Source of the DNA: Sandaracinaceae bacterium
Lineage (GTDB): Bacteria; Myxococcota_A; Polyangia; Polyangiales; Sandaracinaceae
Direction: 5' to 3'
DNA length: 62,871 nt
NCBI GenBank assembly: GCA_044220955.1
Contig: JBGAQA010000036.1
Location: forward strand, 1-62,871
Below, in pieces: positions 57,344-62,871 of the stretch. The translations under genes and the position numbers were made by a program. How positions within the stretch are numbered: position 1 is the stretch's first letter; each line of letters opens with the position of its first letter. The notes beneath the pieces are model-generated. The model did no database searches and was not told where the DNA came from. It saw only the letters and a program-made list of their open reading frames with translations.

Positions 57344-58489
57344 TCAGCGGAGGATCTCGCGGAAGATCCGCTCGAGGTCCCCGACGTGGCAGAGCAGCGG
57401 TTGGCAGCGACCGTCGGTCGTCGCGGGGGCGACGCACTCGGTCCCCGCCTCGCAGCGCTCCCCGTCGAGACACCGGACGGTGCCGACGCAGTCGTCACCG
57501 CTCGTGCACGCGCGACACGTCGAGGGGGGCAGCGCGCAGTCGCGCTCCGAGCCGCAGTCGGTGTCGGGCTGACACCACGTCGGCGAGGGCGAGCAGCGTC
57601 GCAGGCCTTCGTGGGCGCGATCGATGCACGCGAGCCCGGTGTCGCACTCCCAGGCGGACCCGCACGGCGTGCCGATCGGCCCGCGCGGCACGCAGCGGTG
57701 GTCGGTGCAGTCGTATCGGGACTCGGCGCACTGCTGGTAGTCGTCGCAGGTCCCGCCGGGGCCGGAGGCCAGCCGGCAGGTGCCGCCCACCTCGACGTCG
57801 TCGAGCGCACAGAAGTGTCCCGCCGCCCGATCGCCCTCCGCCGGCGTCGGCTCGCACACGCCACCGGAGCAGACACCACCGCGGCAGCGGATGTCGTTCT
57901 CCACGCACTCGTCGCCGACCTCCACGGGCTCGCGGACGGGCCACCCGCAGCCGTGCACGACCGCCGCGGCGAGCTCGCAGTGCGTGGGCAGCTCGGCGAA
58001 GCCCTCGAGACAGCGATCGACGACGGCGGGGTCGAGCTCGATCGGCTCGACGCTCGCGTCCCACGCGAAGACTCCGTCCGAGCACGCGCGCTCGACGCGC
58101 TCGACGCAGTCCGGCTCGGCGTAGACGCAGCCGCAGCGCCGCCGGGCGTCACAGAGCCGGCGCGCGGCCTCGGGACAGAACGCCGCGCGCACCGAGTCGA
58201 GCACCTCGTCGGGCGCCAGCGGTGCCGAGGCGCGCGGCAGCCGTGCGCGATGGCGCGGAGCGGTCGCGCGATCGCGGGGCACGGACGCGGCCGTCGGAGG
58301 GCGGCGCGGCGCGGGCGGCGGCGCCCACGACGACATGGTCCGGGACGCGCTCTCGACCCCCGTCACCCACGCGGCCACCGCGCGGTCGAGCGTCTGCGCG
58401 AGCGCGTGCCCGCCCTCGAAGACGACGCCGGCGACGACGGCGGTGATCAGCGCGGCCCGCGCGCGAGCCCTCCATCGACGAGCACGCAC
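57344..58489 (-). CDS. Exported Cys-rich protein
   Basis: N-terminal hydrophobic segment; repeated G..C....C...C...C modules; start uncertain. Confidence 0.65.
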   Translation of the reverse strand: MRARRWRARARAALITAVVAGVVFEGGHALAQTLDRAVAAWVTGVESASRTMSSWAPPPAPRRPPTAASVPRDRATAPRHRARLPRASAPLAPDEVLDSVRAAFCPEAARRLCDARRRCGCVYAEPDCVERVERACSDGVFAWDASVEPIELDPAVVDRCLEGFAELPTHCELAAAVVHGCGWPVREPVEVGDECVENDIRCRGGVCSGGVCEPTPAEGDRAAGHFCALDDVEVGGTCRLASGPGGTCDDYQQCAESRYDCTDHRCVPRGPIGTPCGSAWECDTGLACIDRAHEGLRRCSPSPTWCQPDTDCGSERDCALPPSTCRACTSGDDCVGTVRCLDGERCEAGTECVAPATTDGRCQPLLCHVGDLERIFREILR

Positions 58490-58556
58490 CCGTGCACCTC
58501 GATGGAACGGACACCGCGCGGCAGAAGTGGTTCCCGGGTCGCTTCCGGGCGGCGGA

Positions 58557-58841
58557 TCAGGCCACGCCGCGTCGGCGCTGCTTGCGGCCCGTCGGCTCGT
58601 TGATCGCGGGCTTGGCGGCGCGCGCGGCCGCTTTCGCGGTCTGCGCGTCGTCGAGCGCGGCCTGCGCCGCAGCGGCGGCCTCGGGATCCTTCTCGGCGGC
58701 CTCGCGTGCGGCCTCGGCGGCCGCGGCGTTCTTGGCCGCGAGCTCCTTCGAGAACGCCGCCTCGTCGACCGCGAGGTGGCACTTCTTGTACTTCTTGCCT
58801 GACCCGCAGTGACACGGATCGTTTCGGTTCGGCTTGGTGAT
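58557..58841 (-). CDS. SEC-C zinc-binding motif protein with probable ATC start
   Basis: PNRNDPCHCGSGKKYKKCH plus an Ala-rich helix; GAGGAG 6 nt before ATC; extended -10 TGaTAGACT at 58861-58869. Confidence 0.75.
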   Translation of the reverse strand: MTKPNRNDPCHCGSGKKYKKCHLAVDEAAFSKELAAKNAAAAEAAREAAEKDPEAAAAAQAALDDAQTAKAAARAAKPAINEPTGRKQRRRGVA

Positions 58842-59151
58842 GGTCGGCTCCTCGGGCGCGAGTCTATCAGCCGGGGTCGTGGTTGCGCTCGTACAGGATG
58901 CGCAGGCCCCCGGCGCGATGAGCGACGCGAGGCCGCCGGTCGGGAGGATGCGGCATGGGGCGCCGATCTCGGCGCGGATGGGACGCGACGAGGCCGTCGA
59001 CGCGCGGTGCCGACGGGCACCTCGGCGGTGGCACCTCGGGGCCCTCTCGGCCCTCCTCGCCGCCAGTCCGCCGCCACCCCGCCGTTCTCGGTCGAGATCC
59101 TCCGCGAATTCCACGGGCGAGCCCCGGAACGGGCGTTGCGGTGCCCGCGCC

Positions 59152-60018
59152 GTGACTCGGCCCCTCCGACAGCCACGGGTGTCCCGGTACTGGTTCGTGA
59201 CGGACCGGATCGCGGACGAGCTCTTCCTGCTGCGGCCCGACCCGGTGCTGAACGCGGCCATCCTCGTGGCGCTCTGCGCTGCGATCGCGGCCACGGGTGT
59301 CGGCGTCGTGGCGTTCGTCGTGATGGGCAACCACTGGCACCTCGTCCTGAGGACCACCGACGACCCGACCTCGCTGTCGCGCTTCATGCAGCTGCTCAAG
59401 AGCTCGGTCGCGCTCGCGGTGAACGAGGAGCGGGACAGACACGGCCCGGTCTGGGGTGACCGCTACCATGCACAGCCGATCCTCGACGACGAGTCGCTGC
59501 TCGCGCGCATGCTGTACGTGCTCATGAACCCGGTCGCCGCCGGGATCGTCGCGACGGCGGACGAGTACCCGGGCCTGTCGAGCCTCGAGGCGAACGTCGG
59601 TATCCCTACGGCCTGCGGCGAGGTCGAGGTCCCGATCGAGCTGCCGCCGCAGTGGGCAGAGCTCGACGCGACCGAGCTCTCGGTGCAGCGCGCGTGGATC
59701 CGGAACGAGCTGCGCCGCCGAGAAGCCGAAGCGAAGGCATCGCGCATCGCGCGCGGCCTCGCGCGGCCGAAGCCCGAGCGGTGCTTGCAGATCGACCCCT
59801 TCGGCCGACCGCCGCGCCCGGACCGGAAGCCCGCGCCGCCGTGCTTCGCGGCGACCGAGCTTGCGCGGAAGGCGTTCCTCGAGGTGCGCCGCGCATTCGT
59901 CGAGGCGTTCCTGGCGGCGAGCGAGGCGTTCAGGAGCGGCGTGCTCGACGTGATGTTCCCGGCGGGCTCGTTCCCGCCACGCTTGGTACGACCGCCGAAC
60001 GAAGCGCCGCTGTCGTAG
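59152..60018 (+). mobile_element. Y1 (HUH) transposase, REP-associated (RAYT / IS200-like)
   Basis: VMGNHWHLVL HUH motif, LSRFMQ, WGDRY, YVLMNPVAAG, YPG.SS. Confidence 0.88.
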
Positions 60019-60307
60019 CGACGAGGCAGCCTCGGTTGCGGCGCAGCCGGGGCCGCGGTCCGTCCGTCCTCATGCCTCGCGACCTCCTGGCTCACGTTTG
60101 CGTCCGCTTCCAGCACCGAAGGCGCGCTGGATGAGGTGCGCGGCGCGCCTGGCGCGCCGCACGTCTGCTTGGTGCGACGGCGTCAGCGGATCTCGGAGAC
60201 GCGCACAAGAGCGACAGGGCCTCCTCCCCCAAACACCTCTGGCACCCACCCACGCCGCGCCACGCCCGTCACCCCGCGCCCTGATGCTCGGCGCCCCGAC
60301 CGAGAGG

Positions 60308-60802
60308 TCAGTCGCCACGAGCGTTCTCCCGTCGCTCGGCCGACCAGGCCACCAGATCGACGACGCCAAGATCGTGCACCTGCCGCGCGAGGTAACGGGG
60401 CAAGCTGGTTGCAGCCAGATCTCTGCCGACGCCCTCCTCGTCCTCGTACACATGCTCCCGCGAATCGACGACGATGGTCGTGTGGAAGCTTGCCTCGGTC
60501 CCGACACTCCAAGTCGCGTCGGGTAGCCGGCGCACACGGTCGAGACCCACGTGAAGTCCGGTCTGAGGCGATGACACGCGGTATCGGGAGAGCAGGTTGG
60601 CCGCGAGCCTCGGCAATCCTGGCGGAACGCTCGTCGCCGCGATCGCGGGCTCCCAGGACAGCAACGGGCTGCGAGTCTGACGCGCGTACGTCAGGAATTC
60701 GTCGACGTCCACGTCGCTCAAGCCGCTGAGGACTGCATCGAGATGCTCGGCTCGGATGCTCGCTCCATTGAAGAAACTTCGAACCGACGCGAGCCATTTC
60801 AT
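60308..60802 (-). CDS. Hypothetical protein, candidate orphan immunity protein
   Basis: Lower-GC codon usage; ATGA overlap with the upstream fragment; Rhs context. Confidence 0.5.
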   Translation of the reverse strand: MKWLASVRSFFNGASIRAEHLDAVLSGLSDVDVDEFLTYARQTRSPLLSWEPAIAATSVPPGLPRLAANLLSRYRVSSPQTGLHVGLDRVRRLPDATWSVGTEASFHTTIVVDSREHVYEDEEGVGRDLAATSLPRYLARQVHDLGVVDLVAWSAERRENARGD

Positions 60803-61075
60803 TGCTCTAGTCCATAGTCCGAGATCACGCGGTAGTCGACCGTCCGCATCCGCTGCGCCTCAATCTCGAAGCTCGTCACGCGCTCGACCGCGGTCTGCAC
60901 GGCGTCCGCGAGAGCCTTGTGCTTCGCCGGCACCTTCACGATGATCTCCTCCACGGGGCATCCTCCTTCAGTCTAGACAGCCGAAGGCTTGGGCTCTGCC
61001 CCGTGCTTCTCAAGCCCAATTTCCATTGCGATCCGCGAAACACCTCACGCTGTGCTCAGGATGAGATCCACACCC
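60799..61075 (-). mobile_element. Left end and truncated transposase N-terminus of an ISKra4-like element
   Basis: End GGGTGTGGATCTC at 61075; GAAGGAGG RBS; ORF 60954-60799 MEEIIVKVPAKHKALADAV...RTVDYRVISDYGLEQ*; family call from recall. Confidence 0.5.
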
Positions 61076-61132
61076 GGAGTGGCCCCACGCGCACAGCGCC
61101 CACCGCTGTGGCGTGACCGATGCGCAGGGCGC

Positions 61133-61648
61133 CTACTCGAGAAGCGACGGACTCGGGCAGCTGCCGGTGGAGTCGGGGTCCTGAGGTACCGCGGGCTCGC
61201 AGTCCACGCGCCACTGACCATGCCGGCCCCCGCAGTGGGTTGCGATTGCGTCGATGACCCGCGCCTGGAGCCGATCAAGTGATCCCCCGTCCGATGGGTT
61301 GGCACCCGCTACGACCAGCGCCCTTCTCGCGAAGATCCACCGAATCCCGACGTGAACCATGAACCGGTCTACCGCTCCGTTCGACCTGTCCCGACTCACG
61401 ATCTCGACTCCGTCCTCCATGAGCTCGGCGGTACACTCGCCATGGTCACGACAAAACGAGGCCAAAGCACCACTCACGCAATGCAAGGTCGCGTCGTCGA
61501 GGCCTGCTCCCGTGACGAAGGCGACCCGCGCACGTGGGTCCGCCCTGGTCGAGTTCTCCCGGCCGACGTTGAGCAACACGACAGCGAGGAGCCCGATGCC
61601 CAAGCACAACCCCGCAATGACCACGGCCTGGCGGCCCCCCCGCCTCAT
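61133..61648 (-). CDS. Membrane-anchored hypothetical protein, candidate cognate immunity protein
   Basis: ATGA overlap with the Rhs-CT stop; N-terminal TM; several Cys. Confidence 0.6.
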   Translation of the reverse strand: MRRGGRQAVVIAGLCLGIGLLAVVLLNVGRENSTRADPRARVAFVTGAGLDDATLHCVSGALASFCRDHGECTAELMEDGVEIVSRDRSNGAVDRFMVHVGIRWIFARRALVVAGANPSDGGSLDRLQARVIDAIATHCGGRHGQWRVDCEPAVPQDPDSTGSCPSPSLLE

Positions 61649-62142
61649 TCCCACGGCCACGGCCTGGGGACCGGCGATGAGGGGCCCCACTCGAGCCAGT
61701 TGAACGCGTATCCTGGCGTTCCACCGTGCGTCCCGGGGGGGCGTTTGGGATTTGGTCCGAGACAGGCGTACGCGATTCGGCTCGTGACCTGAGCACCCAT
61801 GGCTTGTTCGACGGCGGCGGGCCCCGTGAATGCCTGTTGCGCTACATGCTGCAGCTCATGCTGGCGCAGACGCGACGGTTCAGAGCGGCTCGGTATGGGA
61901 CCGGCATAGCTGACAAACCGTCCCGCCGTGATTGCGCCGAAGTCGAGCCTCTGGACGATAGAGTTGTTCCCGAACTCGTAGGTGTCGTTCACGGGATCGT
62001 ACACGCCATGTCCCGATCCAATCCAACCGAGAAGCAGTCCCAGAATGGAAGCGCCGGCGGTCCAAGCATCGTGGACCCCGGGGCCCTCACCCATCCCCAA
62101 CGGATCGACGCAGTTGACCGGATCGCCACCGCAGTAGGCGTA
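61645..62142 (-). pseudogene. Rhs core end plus C-terminal HExxH toxin domain, cut off by IS256
   Basis: YAYCGGDPVNCVDPLG Rhs signature, then GAITAG...RQHELQHVAQ...FNWLE. Confidence 0.85.
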
Positions 62143-62853
62143 GTCCCGCGGTCTGCTGAAAGTTGAGGGTGGCGGCTCCACCCCGGCCCGGAAGAAAATC
62201 CGGGTGCTGTCCAAGAAGGAGCCACCATGACGAAGAGTGCATCGAGAAGAGGATCGACGGAAGTAGGGACGCTCGCGCAGCTCGTGCTGCCGCTGGCGGC
62301 GCTGGTCCGCGGAGACCTGCGTGAGCTCGTGACGAAGATCGGCCTTCAGGCGATCGCGGCGCTGCTCGAGCAAGAGCGCACGGCGCTGTGCGGTCCGGCA
62401 TACGAGCACAACCCGGCGCGGACGGCGACGCGCGGCGGGCACGTGCCGAGCGAGCTCACGTACGGCGGGCGCAAGGTCAAGATGAAGCGGCCGCGCGCGG
62501 TCGATCGCGAGGGACACGAGGTGCCCCTCACGATGTGGTCGGAGCTCGCATCGAGCGACCCGCTGAGCGAGCGCGTGCTCGAGCAGATGACGCTCGGCGT
62601 CGCTACGCGGAAGTACGCGCGCTCGCTCGAAGCGATGCCCGAGAACGTCGAGACGAGCGCGACGAGCAAGAGCAACGTGAGCCGTCAGTTCGTGGAGGCG
62701 TCGGCCGCGAAGCTGAAGGCGTGGTCCGAACGCATGCTCAACGAGATCGATCTCGTCTCGATCTTCATCGACGGTATCCACTTCGGCGAGCACGTCGTGA
62801 TCGCCGCGCTCGGCGTGGATCGCGCCGGCAACAAGCACATCCTCGGCCTGTGA
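62143..62853 (+). mobile_element. IS256-family element, transposase (62227-62853) truncated
   Basis: RPRA, GVATRKY, SKSNVSR, FIDGIHF, ALGVDRAGNKHILGL then TGA; AAGGAG RBS; left end inferred at about 62141-62144. Confidence 0.85.
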
Positions 62854-62871
62854 GCACGGCCGAGATGACGG

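Noticed and set aside
58842..59399. N-terminal extension of the SEC-C ORF to an upstream ATG
   Set aside because: Antisense to the transposase, non-coding composition, and upstream of the apparent promoter and SD
62143..62838. 397-aa ORF 61645-62838 as a complete Rhs gene
   Set aside because: The portion above 62142 is the antisense frame of IS256
62851..62871. TGA recoding in the IS256 transposase
   Set aside because: The following codons (ARPR*) do not match the expected continuation; truncation is simpler

Overview
A very GC-rich bacterial window, most likely from a myxobacterium (Myxococcota, Polyangia-like). This is inferred from a MYXO-CTERM protein, Cys-rich lipoproteins and Ser/Thr kinase, PP2C and FHA signalling genes. 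It holds about 55 genes, including: ppx; a cyanophycin cluster (iadA-cphB-cphA plus a CphA paralogue lacking the ATP-grasp domain); GH84 and GH5 lipoproteins; a YoaK/carbonic anhydrase pair; pruA; a Rieske oxygenase; tRNA-Leu(CAA); an AmmeMemoRadiSam operon bracketed by two copies of an 89-bp hairpin element; tyrA-CM, ctaA, a fadF-like gene and LysR-hmgA-hppD; a Tat copper-storage protein; an FHA-PP2C-FHA operon; pcrA/uvrD; an ECF sigma/anti-sigma pair; two MenAT-like small-ORF/nucleotidyltransferase pairs; a SEC-C protein that appears to start at AUC; and a RAYT-like transposase. The right end is a lower-GC cluster of Rhs toxin/immunity remnants broken by IS256 and ISKra4-like fragments. The most notable leads are the G-domain-less CphA partner, the hairpin-flanked amr operon next to the tRNA, a GH5 with Ser in place of the catalytic nucleophile, the AUC-start gene, widespread leaderless-type promoters and several decayed gene remnants. 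All family calls come from motif recognition by eye; no database searches were run.
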